DNA of 64,000 nucleotides from Pseudomonas phage sp. 30-2, in the sequence record LC727697.1; one strand, 5' to 3'. Positions 16,445 to 27,408 of the stretch are shown piece by piece (position 1 is the stretch's first letter; each line of letters opens with the position of its first letter). The notes under the pieces are model-generated. The model ran no database searches. It was not told the DNA's origin and worked only from the letters and a program-made list of their open reading frames with translations. The position numbers were made by a program, and so were the translations under genes.

Positions 16445-19400
16445 TTATAATCCTATGTAACCTTTTTGTAATTCTGTATTAGATCCATGAGCAGGATTAC
16501 AAACAACTGCTAATGGTATATTTGTACTGCCTGCAGGTTCGTTTATGTTGATTACAGACATGCCTGTTGCATTTACTTCTAAATTGCCCGTTATTGTTCC
16601 AGATACAATAGCTGATCTAGCATCAACTGTACTATGTCTAGTTGCAGCTATCATTATGCCTTCTGAGTTTTTAACTTCAAAATTAGCAGTAGATATACTT
16701 GTATCTAACGACAGGATTGTGCCGGATTTGATATTATTGAATATCACAAATACAAACGATTGACTAGTATCGTCGTTGTGTATTAGTTTACTTCCGTGTT
16801 TTAACACAATACCATCTTGTGCTTGGTTTGCAATATAAACGGATTGTCCGGCATTAAATGACAATATAGAACCGTCTGCACGGATTGCAGCGCTGGCTTG
16901 CCTGCATAGATTTCCTGCCAATACTACACTAGAACCCGGTATAGATTGTATTGCAGTTTCGTATCCATATACTGCAAAGTTTGCACCTAAACCAACATAC
17001 GCAGGTCCATCATATATACCTGTGGTATATGTTCTTCCTACAGTAAGTGCAGTTCCTAAACCAGTATCGTCTACTAACGCTATGTTATCTATGAAACCTA
17101 ACGAATATCCGCCAGCTACATACATGTTTGTATTTTTAAATACTGTAGTGAATTTAGATATAGTTCCGGTGTACCCAGTATAGTCAGATACATCTGCTAA
17201 TACACTATTAGGAATTACTATCTCTAAAGTATTAGATCCTGTGTTTATTGCTGTTACAATTTCAACACATTCTAACATAGTTGCTGCTGACGTAATCTTT
17301 ATAATGTCCCCTACTTCGTAGTCACTGACAGAAGAAAGTTGCATTGTTACCGTTGCCAATCCTGCATTATTGGTTATATTAGTAACAGTAAATGAACTAC
17401 TTGCTTGGGGCAATTCGCCTATAAGTTTTACATTCATCCCTTGAATGTGACTAAACGCAATAGGATTGGTAGGTTCGTAGACACCTTCTGCAACACGAAC
17501 TATAATTTCTGCAGAACTATTTACAAATTTGCCATCTAGACTAAGGAAAGCAGCATTTAATGTAGCAAATGGAGATTCTTCGGTTCCACTTCCTGTAGTG
17601 TCGTTACCATCTGTAGCTACATAAACTATTATATCCGAATCAGATGCAATATCAGTTTTTCTACCTAATTCACCTATGCCGTCTGTTACTTTCCAACCTA
17701 CTACCGAATCGACGTATGTAAATTCTATAGAAGCATTTTCGTTTGCAATTTCTAATATTTCGTTTTTACCCATTATTGGGTTGCCGTTGCCATCTACAAA
17801 GCAACTTGCTTTATCGTAAGTACCTAACAAGTCAGCTATTCTAACAACAGCGTTAACACTTGCTCCTGTCGGTAATTTAACAGTTACTGCACCATTGTTG
17901 GTATTAACATAAATTGCTTCGCCCGGTTGAGCTATTAGCATAGCAGGAGTGCTAGATGAATCTACAGTACGCCAATTCGTAACTGGAATGTTTTGTTTAG
18001 ATATCTCACCTATACCATCTGTTATTTTCCAACCGTACGTTGTGTCTACAAATGTTAACTCTATACTTGCATTTTGGTTCTGAATAGTTAGTGTGTTATC
18101 CATGCTGGCACCCATTAAAGGCATGCCATTAGTATTCACTACGCAACTATTTGTTCTAAATGTACCTTTCCAATCAGCAATACGAATTACCATATTTTCG
18201 GTAGGGGCAACAGGCAGAGTAATTGTTACACTAGCAGAAGTTGTATCTACCAATAAATATTCTGAACCAGTTACAGTATAGTTGCCATTTATCTTTGTCC
18301 ACGAAGTTACTACCGGCGATCCTGAACTATTTTTGTTTATCCAGCTATTTGTTACAGCATCATAAGTAAGAACTTGTCCGTCTTCTACTGAATTTAGATT
18401 TACGTCTACTAAACTTCCTAGTATTCCGTTAGTAGCAACCGGAGCTAGGTTATCTATGTCAGTTAGTGCATTTATGCTACTTACATATTCGAGTATAGGA
18501 TTAACATCGTCTATATCACTACCGGGCGGAATAGTAAACGCAGGATATTTTATAAATGTATTAGGCTGCGGATTTCCTGCGTCAGCTAACTTCCTAAAAT
18601 AATACGAATTATTTTCCGGTTTATTGGATAAATCGTTAAAATCACCACTTATAGCTACACTAGATAATCCTATTATATCAGAAACATTAATAGATGATTG
18701 ATATAAAACCTCATCACCGCTTGCATTCCATCGCAAGAATCCGTTAGGTAGTGCAGTATCTGCAGTGTCAGTTAGATCTAGTATAGATGTAGTAGATCCT
18801 GATGGCTTATTAGTTAAATCATTATAATCACCACTGAATGCAACTAACGCAAATGTAGGTAAATCTGTTAATTCAGAATACGTAACTGGTTCGTTTACCC
18901 ATGTAGTGCCGTTGTATTTTAAAACATCACTAGCAGCTAGATCAGATAGAGATACATCTGTTAGATCAGCTAGGGCTGTACTACCAGATGGGTTAGTTGC
19001 AGGTTCTTTTGCAATCCAATTATTTGAACTACTATCCCATGTTAATACATATCCGTTTGTAGGAACAGGATTAACGGTATTAACATCTGCTAAATCGTTA
19101 ATTGATGCCGGTATAGCAGGTTTATTAGATAAGTCATTATAATTTCCACTGGTAGCAACCGGAGCTAACCCAGTTATATCATTTGTACTTATTGTAGTAA
19201 TATACTGAACTGTGCTACCCGATGAATCCCACCGCAAGAATCCATTAGGTACAGCAGATGAACTAGTATCAGTTAATTGCAACAGACTCATACTTATAGT
19301 TCCAGTTAAGTCACTATAAGATAGTTGTTTATTCTGCCAAACAATACTATTGTCTGGCTGCACAGTTGCTCTAAGAACATTACCGTCAACTACAGGGAAA

Positions 19401-22400
19401 GTAAGAGTAACATCAGTTAAGTCATTTAATGCTACTACCGTGGATCCGCCCGAACCTGCTATATTACGTAAATTGTAATTTATCCAACGTTGATTTTGAC
19501 GATCCCATATTAAACCCCAAACAGCTTGTGTAGCTGGATTGTTCATATCAGGTAAATTTACATTTACATTTATTAAATCGTGCAAATCTCCTGTGGTTGC
19601 TACTTCTGCTAATCCGGCAATTACGCTTGCAGAAATACTATCTTCGTATATAATTAGATTTCCGGTAGTATCCCAACGTAAGTATGCATTAGCCCTATCT
19701 TCCGGCAATGTTATATTTTGGGTATCGCTTAAACCTATAAAAGAAGAACTAGTGTTCGGTCGTGCTTGCCATATTCCGTTAGAATATGTTAACACATCCT
19801 CTGGTTGTGCTAAATAATTTCCATTAGTATCACGCATACGAACGTCAGCAAGTCCGTTTAGTTCAGTTACTAATGTGGGTTTATTAGTTAAGTCATTATA
19901 ATTTCCACTAGTAGCAACTGTAGCTAATTGAGAGGGTTTAACTACCGTTTCAAACGATAGTTGGCCAGCTCCATTTGTAACTACTGCTTGCCCAACTGTA
20001 CCGTCGGTCATTGGATAACTTATATTACCTAATGATATGCCAGTAGATGAATCTAATTTTATTCTAGAAGTAGAAGAAATAAGAGCATCTACGTTATTAG
20101 CAACTGGATTTAGAATAATTGAGCTATTTGTATTTCCTAACTCGAATATTATATTTCCAGTAGTAGGTCCTGCTGTTAGAACAATGCTATCTAAAATATC
20201 GTTAGTAGAAACTTTTGTATTTCCGCTCTCTATGTAGGCTTGTATTTGATTAGGATTATAAGGTACAGGTACCCATGCAGAACCATTCCATTGCAATACT
20301 TCATTCTGGTTCAAACCTATTAAATCTACATCACTCAGTGAAGATAGTTTACCTATAGTCGCAACAGTAGCTAATCCAGAAACAGATTGTGCATCGATTG
20401 TATTTGCATATATTACCTGATTTGCACTGGAATTCCAACGCAATATACCATCTGCAACTGGTGTATTATTTGTATCATTTAACCCAAGTAAACTAAAACT
20501 GCCATTAGTAGGTATGGATGGTTTATTGTTTAGATCATCATAGCTGCCTGTAGTTGCAACATTAGCAAACGACGGTTTATTAGATAAATCATCATAACTT
20601 CCGCTAGTAGCAACAGTAGCTAATCCACTTATTTGAGAAACGTTATGGACATGAACTGTCGGTGTAAATTGCGTAGGAATACCCAACAAATCCGAATATT
20701 GTCCTGTTGTAGCTACATCTGACAGATCAGTTTTATTAGCATACACACTTAAATCGGGTGCATTTATTAAATCTGAATATTCTCCAGTTGTAGCTATGTC
20801 AGCTAATGATACAGATAAAACATAGTCAGATAAATCCGGTGTTCCTTGCAAATCTGCATACTGGCCAGATGATGCGACAGGAGCCAATCCAGTTATTGCA
20901 TTTACAGGAATTGTTTGAATATATTCAACACTACTTCCAGATGCATTCCAGCGTAAGAATCCGTTTGCAACAGGTACAGAATTAGTATCTGATAATCCCA
21001 CTAATGAATATGAACTATTAGTAGGTGCGTTAGTTAAATCATTATAATCACCACTAAATGCATCAGAGGTATTTAATTTATTATCTAGGGATGCCTGTAA
21101 TCCGGATACGTCTGCTATATTGTGGGTATGTTCGGCTGGATTAAATTCAGCAGGAATATTTATTAAATCAGTATAACTACCTGATGAAGAAACTGTAGCT
21201 AATAACGGTTTGCCTAATAAATCCGAATATTGTCCGGTTGTAGACACAACAGACAATCCTGCTACATCTGTTGCAGGAATGTTTGCTGACGATACAACAA
21301 ATGAACCGTCTAAGTTCCATTTTAAATAGCCGCCGGGCTGAACAGTGGGACTTACATCATTCAAACCTATAAATTTAAAATCAAAATTAGTAGGAATAAA
21401 CGGTTTATTTGTTAAACTATCATAATCGCCGTCAAACGCAGGCGGCGCATCAATTAAGTCGCTATAACTCCCGGTTATAGCAACAGTCGATAAGGAAGGG
21501 GTACCCAATAAATCCGAATACTGACCTGATATAGCAACGTCCGACAATCCTGAAATATCTTGCGGATATATATAATCTTGATATGCAACTAAGGTACCTA
21601 AATTATTCCACCGTAAGAATCCATTAGGTACAGCAGGACTAAATGTATCTTGAAGATCTATTAACCCCGGCTTATTTGTTAAACTATTATAATCGCCGTC
21701 GAATGCAATATTTGCGTCAAGTTTGCTGTCTAGTAAACTTTGCAGGCCTAGTACGTCTACTACGTCGTGTGTATGCGCAGCGGGGCTAAAAACGCTTGGT
21801 TTATTGCTTATATTAGCCCAATCTATGCTTGCTTGTGTTATTGCACTAGCAACCCATGCTGTTCCGTTCCAGGTTAATACGTTCCCTGTTTGTTTAGAAG
21901 AAACATCTACATCTAATAAGTCGTTTAAATTTTCTACTAACTCGGGTTTATTTATTAAATCAGAATATCTGCCAGTTGTAGCAACAGTAGATAATTCTGA
22001 ATCAGTAACATAGTTATCTAAGTTAGGAGTACCGGAAATATCAGTATAAGATAATTGCTTGTTTATCCATGAAGTGCCGTTAAAATAAATAACATCTTTT
22101 GGAAGTCTAGTAGTTAAATTGACAGTCAATTTACTATCTAGCGAATTTTGCAATCCTATAATATCAGATATAGCATGCGTATGTGCGGTTGGCGCCATTG
22201 CAGTCGGTTTATTAACTAAATCGTTATAATCGTTGCTAGTAGCTACAGATGCCAATCCTGTGATTTGTGCAGCCGGGTGAGTATGCGCACTTGGTGCAAA
22301 TGTCAAAGGCACATTGTTCAAATCAGAATAATTACCGGTGGTTGCAACAGTGGAAAATTCAGTTCTAAGCGGATACACTGACAAATTAGGTTTTCCTAAT

Positions 22401-23155
22401 AAGTCATTATAATTTCCACTAGTAGCAACTGGAGCTAACCCGGTTATTACAGTAGCAGAAATTGAAGTAATAAATTCTACCTCATCGCCACTTGCGTTCC
22501 AGCGCAAGAATCCGTTGGGTAGTGCAGTATCGTTAACATCTGTTAATCCAACTATAGTATTAGAAGTTGCACTGGGAATATTTACTAAATCATTATAATC
22601 ACCACTGAATGCAACTGATGACAATTCGCTAGATCTAACTACATCACTCAAATCTGGTTTGTTTGTTAGTGATGTATAATCTATTTTCTTATTTGTCCAA
22701 GAACCTGATTCCCATGCTAATACATCATCAGCTGTAGGGGAGATAACAGAGACATCTGATACATCATTTAACGTTATATTACTATTAACCCATGCAGAAC
22801 CGTCCCATTTAAGATATTGGGTTATAGTAGGAGATACTATATTTGTGTCTAGTAATTCATCTAGACTAGGTAATTGGCCACCGCTGCCAGGTACTGGTAA
22901 AAATGCCATTCCGCCCGCGGAAGTTATAGTTAGTACGTATCCAGGCACTTTATTACCAGATATTGCAAGTTTATCAATTGTTATAGAACCGTCTAATATA
23001 TTAGACGAATCTAATACGATTCTGGGATTTGTGCTATTTACAAATGCCTGGACAGTATCGTCATAAACTAAAAATTGACCATTAGTTGGTGTACTATCTA
23101 TTAGAAAATCTGGAACAAATTGATTTAATACAGAAGGACCTGATTGTATACTCAT
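16445..23155 (-). CDS. Giant fiber-like structural protein (2236 aa) built from dozens of ~30-40-aa repeats.
   Basis: A single uninterrupted ORF of 6.7 kb. Pervasive repeats of the form (L/V)A(T/P)VAT(T/S)GxYxDLxNKPxxx and LxDVxxxxPxxGQ(V/F)LxWxxxxWV. The C-terminal ~450 aa are non-repetitive. Confidence 0.65.
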   Translation of the reverse strand: MSIQSGPSVLNQFVPDFLIDSTPTNGQFLVYDDTVQAFVNSTNPRIVLDSSNILDGSITIDKLAISGNKVPGYVLTITSAGGMAFLPVPGSGGQLPSLDELLDTNIVSPTITQYLKWDGSAWVNSNITLNDVSDVSVISPTADDVLAWESGSWTNKKIDYTSLTNKPDLSDVVRSSELSSVAFSGDYNDLVNIPSATSNTIVGLTDVNDTALPNGFLRWNASGDEVEFITSISATVITGLAPVATSGNYNDLLGKPNLSVYPLRTEFSTVATTGNYSDLNNVPLTFAPSAHTHPAAQITGLASVATSNDYNDLVNKPTAMAPTAHTHAISDIIGLQNSLDSKLTVNLTTRLPKDVIYFNGTSWINKQLSYTDISGTPNLDNYVTDSELSTVATTGRYSDLINKPELVENLNDLLDVDVSSKQTGNVLTWNGTAWVASAITQASIDWANISNKPSVFSPAAHTHDVVDVLGLQSLLDSKLDANIAFDGDYNSLTNKPGLIDLQDTFSPAVPNGFLRWNNLGTLVAYQDYIYPQDISGLSDVAISGQYSDLLGTPSLSTVAITGSYSDLIDAPPAFDGDYDSLTNKPFIPTNFDFKFIGLNDVSPTVQPGGYLKWNLDGSFVVSSANIPATDVAGLSVVSTTGQYSDLLGKPLLATVSSSGSYTDLINIPAEFNPAEHTHNIADVSGLQASLDNKLNTSDAFSGDYNDLTNAPTNSSYSLVGLSDTNSVPVANGFLRWNASGSSVEYIQTIPVNAITGLAPVASSGQYADLQGTPDLSDYVLSVSLADIATTGEYSDLINAPDLSVYANKTDLSDVATTGQYSDLLGIPTQFTPTVHVHNVSQISGLATVATSGSYDDLSNKPSFANVATTGSYDDLNNKPSIPTNGSFSLLGLNDTNNTPVADGILRWNSSANQVIYANTIDAQSVSGLATVATIGKLSSLSDVDLIGLNQNEVLQWNGSAWVPVPYNPNQIQAYIESGNTKVSTNDILDSIVLTAGPTTGNIIFELGNTNSSIILNPVANNVDALISSTSRIKLDSSTGISLGNISYPMTDGTVGQAVVTNGAGQLSFETVVKPSQLATVATSGNYNDLTNKPTLVTELNGLADVRMRDTNGNYLAQPEDVLTYSNGIWQARPNTSSSFIGLSDTQNITLPEDRANAYLRWDTTGNLIIYEDSISASVIAGLAEVATTGDLHDLINVNVNLPDMNNPATQAVWGLIWDRQNQRWINYNLRNIAGSGGSTVVALNDLTDVTLTFPVVDGNVLRATVQPDNSIVWQNKQLSYSDLTGTISMSLLQLTDTSSSAVPNGFLRWDSSGSTVQYITTISTNDITGLAPVATSGNYNDLSNKPAIPASINDLADVNTVNPVPTNGYVLTWDSSSNNWIAKEPATNPSGSTALADLTDVSLSDLAASDVLKYNGTTWVNEPVTYSELTDLPTFALVAFSGDYNDLTNKPSGSTTSILDLTDTADTALPNGFLRWNASGDEVLYQSSINVSDIIGLSSVAISGDFNDLSNKPENNSYYFRKLADAGNPQPNTFIKYPAFTIPPGSDIDDVNPILEYVSSINALTDIDNLAPVATNGILGSLVDVNLNSVEDGQVLTYDAVTNSWINKNSSGSPVVTSWTKINGNYTVTGSEYLLVDTTSASVTITLPVAPTENMVIRIADWKGTFRTNSCVVNTNGMPLMGASMDNTLTIQNQNASIELTFVDTTYGWKITDGIGEISKQNIPVTNWRTVDSSSTPAMLIAQPGEAIYVNTNNGAVTVKLPTGASVNAVVRIADLLGTYDKASCFVDGNGNPIMGKNEILEIANENASIEFTYVDSVVGWKVTDGIGELGRKTDIASDSDIIVYVATDGNDTTGSGTEESPFATLNAAFLSLDGKFVNSSAEIIVRVAEGVYEPTNPIAFSHIQGMNVKLIGELPQASSSFTVTNITNNAGLATVTMQLSSVSDYEVGDIIKITSAATMLECVEIVTAINTGSNTLEIVIPNSVLADVSDYTGYTGTISKFTTVFKNTNMYVAGGYSLGFIDNIALVDDTGLGTALTVGRTYTTGIYDGPAYVGLGANFAVYGYETAIQSIPGSSVVLAGNLCRQASAAIRADGSILSFNAGQSVYIANQAQDGIVLKHGSKLIHNDDTSQSFVFVIFNNIKSGTILSLDTSISTANFEVKNSEGIMIAATRHSTVDARSAIVSGTITGNLEVNATGMSVININEPAGSTNIPLAVVCNPAHGSNTELQKGYIGL
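18600..22700 (-). repeat. Dispersed ~35-50-bp near-identical direct repeats within the giant fiber gene.
   Basis: Recurrences of ttagttaaatcattataatcaccactgaatgcaac (around 18813, 21031 and 22586). Recurrences of aagtcattataatttccactagtagcaac(t/c)ggagctaa (around 19131, 19891 and 22411). They encode the VATxGxYxDLxNKP motif units. Confidence 0.5.
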
Positions 23156-23168
23156 ATTCTTTTTAACC

Positions 23169-23603
23169 CTACATTGCTAACAGCACTTTATCTACACTAC
23201 CCATATCTTCGTTTGTTACAAGCACAGGCGGCGGTATATATCCTTCCCACGATACAACTGCTCTTAGATAAGTAAAATTACCTATAAAAGTAAATGCCTT
23301 TGTACCAGTATCGCCATTTTTCTCGCCTGTGGGATGCGCCGGATCTTCGGGGAAACGTAAAACAGTGGTTCTTCTATTTCGTTCAGTTACATCTATATTA
23401 AACCAATCCGACTCTTCTGGATTCATAGATAGAGTTCCTTGAAGCATAAAGTATCCTTTAAAATTATAATAAGACATAGATACTGTATGAATTCCGTCAG
23501 TAAAACCGAAAAAGTTGTCAGCCCTAACTCTTTCACCTACTATTTTCATTTCTCCGTCAAAACTTGCACCTTGCAGCATTAATACAGATTTTCTAATACT
23601 CAT
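23169..23603 (-). CDS. Hypothetical protein (144 aa).
   Basis: ORF between the giant fiber gene and the ClpA-like gene. No recognisable motifs. Confidence 0.45.
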   Translation of the reverse strand: MSIRKSVLMLQGASFDGEMKIVGERVRADNFFGFTDGIHTVSMSYYNFKGYFMLQGTLSMNPEESDWFNIDVTERNRRTTVLRFPEDPAHPTGEKNGDTGTKAFTFIGNFTYLRAVVSWEGYIPPPVLVTNEDMGSVDKVLLAM

Positions 23604-23679
23604 TTTGACCTCTATTATTATGCAGTATTTATCAGTGTACGTAATTGTATTGAATTAGTACGTTACTGAAACTTGTTGT

Positions 23680-23711
23680 CAAAAAAATAGCCCCGTTTGG
23701 GGCTATTTTTA
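23680..23711 (-). terminator. Bidirectional hairpin terminator downstream of clpA.
   Basis: aaaaaaa-atagcccc-gttt-ggggctat-tttt. Confidence 0.7.
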
Positions 23712-23720
23712 GGAGTAGTG

Positions 23721-25940
23721 TTAAACTACAGTTTGGTCTATTTTCTTTTTAGCTTTAGTAGCAGGGGCAATTGCTTGTATAACTACAACTTCGTCTGCTA
23801 CTACCCTGACTTCTGCGTGACCGCCATTTTTAAGATCGCCAAGTAGCATCAGCTTTGACAGCGGCAACTTGACTTTCTCTTGGAACAGCCTCGCGAGCGG
23901 CCGGGCTCCCATCTTAGGATCATATCCATCTGTTGCTAATTTTTGACGTGCTTCTTGGGTAAGGATCAACGATACGCCTTTTTCTAGTACACTTGCTTGC
24001 ACTTTAGCAAACTCAGTGTCTACAATCTTAGACATTTCGTTAATAGTGAGCGCAGAGAACTTAACAATGCCGTCGAGCCTGTTCCGGAATTCAGGCGCAA
24101 ATCCTTTTGTAACTGCGCTATCTATTGCACCGTCGTTAAAATTATTTCCAAATCCAATTGATGCTTTAGCAGCTTGAGCAGCGCCGGAGTTAGATGTCAT
24201 TAGTAGCAAAACGTTACCAAAGAATACAGTTTTGCCAGTTGACGAAGTTAGCCGGGCGTCATCCATCACCTGAAGGAACGTACTAAATACCTTCGGGTGT
24301 GCTTTTTCGATTTCGTCTAGCAACAAGATGCAGTTGGGATTTTTTTCAATCTCAGAGATTAACTGCCCTGCGCCAGCTTCACCTTCGCCGTGCCCTACAT
24401 ATCCGGGCGGCGCGCCCAGCAATCGGGCGACGCTATGCTGTTCTTGGTATTCAGACATATCGAACCGCACTAAAGGAATACCCATATGTTGGGATAGTTT
24501 TTTTGCCAAGAACGTTTTGCCAGTACCGGTCGGACCCACTAATAAGAAGTTACCAATCGGCTTATTGGCATCTCGAAGTCCTGCTTTGTGTACCATTACT
24601 GCTTCGCAGAGCTTGTTAATAGCTTCGTCTTGCCCGAACACATCGTGTTTGAGATTACCTTCTAGACGAGCAATGGTGTCGTTTTCGGTGTTATCCAACA
24701 TTTCCGGACGCATATGAGCTAATTTAGCTACAGTTTCTATGACCATACGCTCGGTAATAGTAGAGATCCCTGCTAATTTAGCTCTGGCGCCGACCAGGTC
24801 TATTGCATCGATTGATTTGTCGGGCTGGTGCCGAGTTTTGATGTATCGTTCGGTCAAATCGACTGCTAGATCTAGAGTCCCTACGTCGTATTTGACGCCA
24901 TGGAACTCTTCGTAATATTGCTTTAATCCGGCAACTATTTTTTTAGTGTCACCTACACTAGGCGGCGGAACATCCACTTTTTGGAACCGGCGCATTAACG
25001 CCCGATCTTTTTCGAAGTGTGTACTATATTCGTCGTAGGTAGTTGCGCCTATGCAACGAAGTGTTCCTTTTGCTAATTCTGGCTTGAGCAGGTTAGCAGC
25101 GTCTACCGACGAGCCATTACTTGCACCAGCGCCCATGATCATATGTATTTCGTCGATGAAGACGATGGCATTTTTCATTGCTTTTAGTTCGTCTAGTAGC
25201 GCTTTCATGCGCTCTTCGAACTCGCCGCGATATTTAGTGCCTGCCATCATCGCGCCGATATCGAGTGAAATAACTTGTTTGTCAGAAATTGCTTCGGGCA
25301 CCTCACCATTGACGATTTTCATCGCCAACCCTTCGGCAATTGCTGTCTTACCCACACCTTCTTTGCCGGTAAGAATGCAATTGTTTTTTCGCCGGCGGGC
25401 AAGGGCTTCGATAACTTCTTCTAGTTCAGTTTCCCGGCCGATAACCGGATCGATTTTGCCCTCAGATACTTCGTCGTTAAGATTGCGAGTAAACGACTTT
25501 ATAAGGGATTCTGCTTCTGCAGATTTCTTCGCTTCAGTTACTACAGCAGTAGTAACACCGTAGTGCGCGAGAAGCTGGCTTGCATTGCAACTGGTGTCTT
25601 TGATGAGTGCATCGAGCATATCGACATACGTCATTGCTTTGTTAGGATCTAATGCAATTTTAGTTGCCAATTGCTGGCACCAGCGACTAAGAGAGGGACT
25701 GATATCAATATTCATATCAGTTATGTGTCGGGATTTTCCCAATTGGGTAACAAGGAAATCAGATACTGCTTTAGTTAATTGATCCGGGTCTGCATTGCAG
25801 TTTTTAACACAGTCCTTTACTTCGTCGTATCCTAATAAAACATATAATACATGATCTGAAGTAATGGCTTCGTGTTGGTGACTTACTGCAAGTTTTTTGG
25901 CTTCAGTAAGTACAGTATTCAGTTTCTTTTGGCTATCCAT
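23721..25940 (-). CDS. clpA: ClpA-like AAA+ unfoldase (Clp_N domain plus two AAA+ modules).
   Basis: 739 aa. N-terminal Clp_N repeat. Walker A motifs ILTGKEGVGKTAIAEG (D1) and LLVGPTGTGKTFLAKK (D2). No ClpB middle domain. IGF docking tripeptide (KASIGFGNNF). The ATG at 25940 was verified. GC content is markedly higher than surrounding genes. Confidence 0.85.
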   Translation of the reverse strand: MDSQKKLNTVLTEAKKLAVSHQHEAITSDHVLYVLLGYDEVKDCVKNCNADPDQLTKAVSDFLVTQLGKSRHITDMNIDISPSLSRWCQQLATKIALDPNKAMTYVDMLDALIKDTSCNASQLLAHYGVTTAVVTEAKKSAEAESLIKSFTRNLNDEVSEGKIDPVIGRETELEEVIEALARRRKNNCILTGKEGVGKTAIAEGLAMKIVNGEVPEAISDKQVISLDIGAMMAGTKYRGEFEERMKALLDELKAMKNAIVFIDEIHMIMGAGASNGSSVDAANLLKPELAKGTLRCIGATTYDEYSTHFEKDRALMRRFQKVDVPPPSVGDTKKIVAGLKQYYEEFHGVKYDVGTLDLAVDLTERYIKTRHQPDKSIDAIDLVGARAKLAGISTITERMVIETVAKLAHMRPEMLDNTENDTIARLEGNLKHDVFGQDEAINKLCEAVMVHKAGLRDANKPIGNFLLVGPTGTGKTFLAKKLSQHMGIPLVRFDMSEYQEQHSVARLLGAPPGYVGHGEGEAGAGQLISEIEKNPNCILLLDEIEKAHPKVFSTFLQVMDDARLTSSTGKTVFFGNVLLLMTSNSGAAQAAKASIGFGNNFNDGAIDSAVTKGFAPEFRNRLDGIVKFSALTINEMSKIVDTEFAKVQASVLEKGVSLILTQEARQKLATDGYDPKMGARPLARLFQEKVKLPLSKLMLLGDLKNGGHAEVRVVADEVVVIQAIAPATKAKKKIDQTVV

Positions 25941-25949
25941 GTGTACCCC

Positions 25950-26639
25950 TTACGAGATTGTGTATGGTTTTGCTTTGTACGTTAGTAGTATACTAGTATC
26001 GCTACTTTTAGTCAAACGAACTTTTGTGAACATGTTGACAGTTATATACAAATGACCTGTTATGGTTTCTAAAATATTGTTTACTGTATATGTATTCTTA
26101 ATACCTTTGTTCTTCACTAGTATTTTAGATCCAGATACAAATGATGTAGGTATACCTACTTTTATCTTATTTCCGTACGGATGCTCAACTATTATTTCTG
26201 TGCCCATAATTATGTCGAGACTTTCTACAGAAATAGTTGCATATACATCTATGCCATTTTGAGCTATAGAAAATGTATCATGTATGAATATTACGGTAAC
26301 TAATAATATAGAATTGTTTACTATTATTATTTTTTGTGAATTATGAGGGAAATGTGGCGGAATTTCTATAATAAATTTATGATTAGCTGTCTTGAATTTG
26401 CCGCCTTTATTTTGGTATTTTAATGGAATATATACTGTATCTGTGTATTGTTCTGTTTTAATAGAAATCCATTTTATTGCATATTCGTATGCTTCCCTTA
26501 CTTGTTTAAACATGTTTTCTGCATCTTTATCTTTATTTCTGTCAGGATGATATTTTGATGCAAGTTTTCTGTATGCAGTCTTTATCTGTTTTTCTGTGGG
26601 ATTAGCAGATACGCCAAGGATTGTTTGCCAATTCTTCAT
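25950..26639 (-). CDS. J-domain (DnaJ-like) co-chaperone.
   Basis: N-terminal J domain with an HPD motif ([47 protein letters not shown]). No G/F or zinc-finger region. 229 aa. Confidence 0.8.
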   Translation of the reverse strand: MKNWQTILGVSANPTEKQIKTAYRKLASKYHPDRNKDKDAENMFKQVREAYEYAIKWISIKTEQYTDTVYIPLKYQNKGGKFKTANHKFIIEIPPHFPHNSQKIIIVNNSILLVTVIFIHDTFSIAQNGIDVYATISVESLDIIMGTEIIVEHPYGNKIKVGIPTSFVSGSKILVKNKGIKNTYTVNNILETITGHLYITVNMFTKVRLTKSSDTSILLTYKAKPYTIS

Positions 26640-26646
26640 GATAGTT

Positions 26647-26673
26647 AAAGCACTTATCGAAAATAAGTGCTTT
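26647..26673. terminator. Perfect 11-bp-stem hairpin between 26678..27379 and the J-domain gene. Terminator or attenuator.
   Basis: aaagcacttat-cgaaa-ataagtgcttt followed by ttgatta on the plus side. Confidence 0.4.
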
Positions 26674-26677
26674 TTGA

Positions 26678-27379
26678 TTATAATTTGGCTATAATAGGTT
26701 GCTTAGATTGGTGTTGAAGTATTATATATTCGTTTAGTTTATATACTTCCCATTTTTTACCTAAAAATGCCGATAATAAAGCAACATTACTATCTACATT
26801 AGATAGTTCTATAGCACATTCATTTAGTTTTAAACTATTAAATGCTTTTTCGCCTATATACAATGGCTCAAAACTTACTGTTCTATGAGAATTAGATATG
26901 TATATTCTAGAATCATCTATGTGAGCAGAAGATATATCACTGTCAGTAAGCATAGATATTACACTTTCTGTTATTGATGCTTCTTCGTCATCTAGTAATA
27001 TTATATAATCTAATAGTCTTTCGTCATCGTATGGTAGTAATTCGTTACAAAGATATGCTTTAACTAACCAGTCTTGCTTTCCAGACACATTTTCTACATC
27101 TTTTATAATCTTGTAAAATTTTTCAAAGAAGCCTGCTTTTCTTTTTAATTCTACAAATACTAAATAATTTCCGTTTTCGTCGGGATTGGGACTTACATCG
27201 ACATCTAATACTTCTATAAAACTTTTTTCTATAAAATCGTCTAAATCAAACGCAGGGTCTTCGTCAATGGTATAGAATGCAATGACTATAACTTCTTCCT
27301 GTGTTCCAGATTTAGGCATATACTCATCCACCGAAATTATAGGTAATACAGTTCCTTTCAATGAGTGTCTAGCTAACAT
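26678..27379 (-). CDS. Hypothetical acidic protein (233 aa).
   Basis: ORF only. Asp/Glu-rich. Confidence 0.45.
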   Translation of the reverse strand: MLARHSLKGTVLPIISVDEYMPKSGTQEEVIVIAFYTIDEDPAFDLDDFIEKSFIEVLDVDVSPNPDENGNYLVFVELKRKAGFFEKFYKIIKDVENVSGKQDWLVKAYLCNELLPYDDERLLDYIILLDDEEASITESVISMLTDSDISSAHIDDSRIYISNSHRTVSFEPLYIGEKAFNSLKLNECAIELSNVDSNVALLSAFLGKKWEVYKLNEYIILQHQSKQPIIAKL

Positions 27380-27408
27380 TATATACCCCTTTATAATATG
27401 GAATAATT

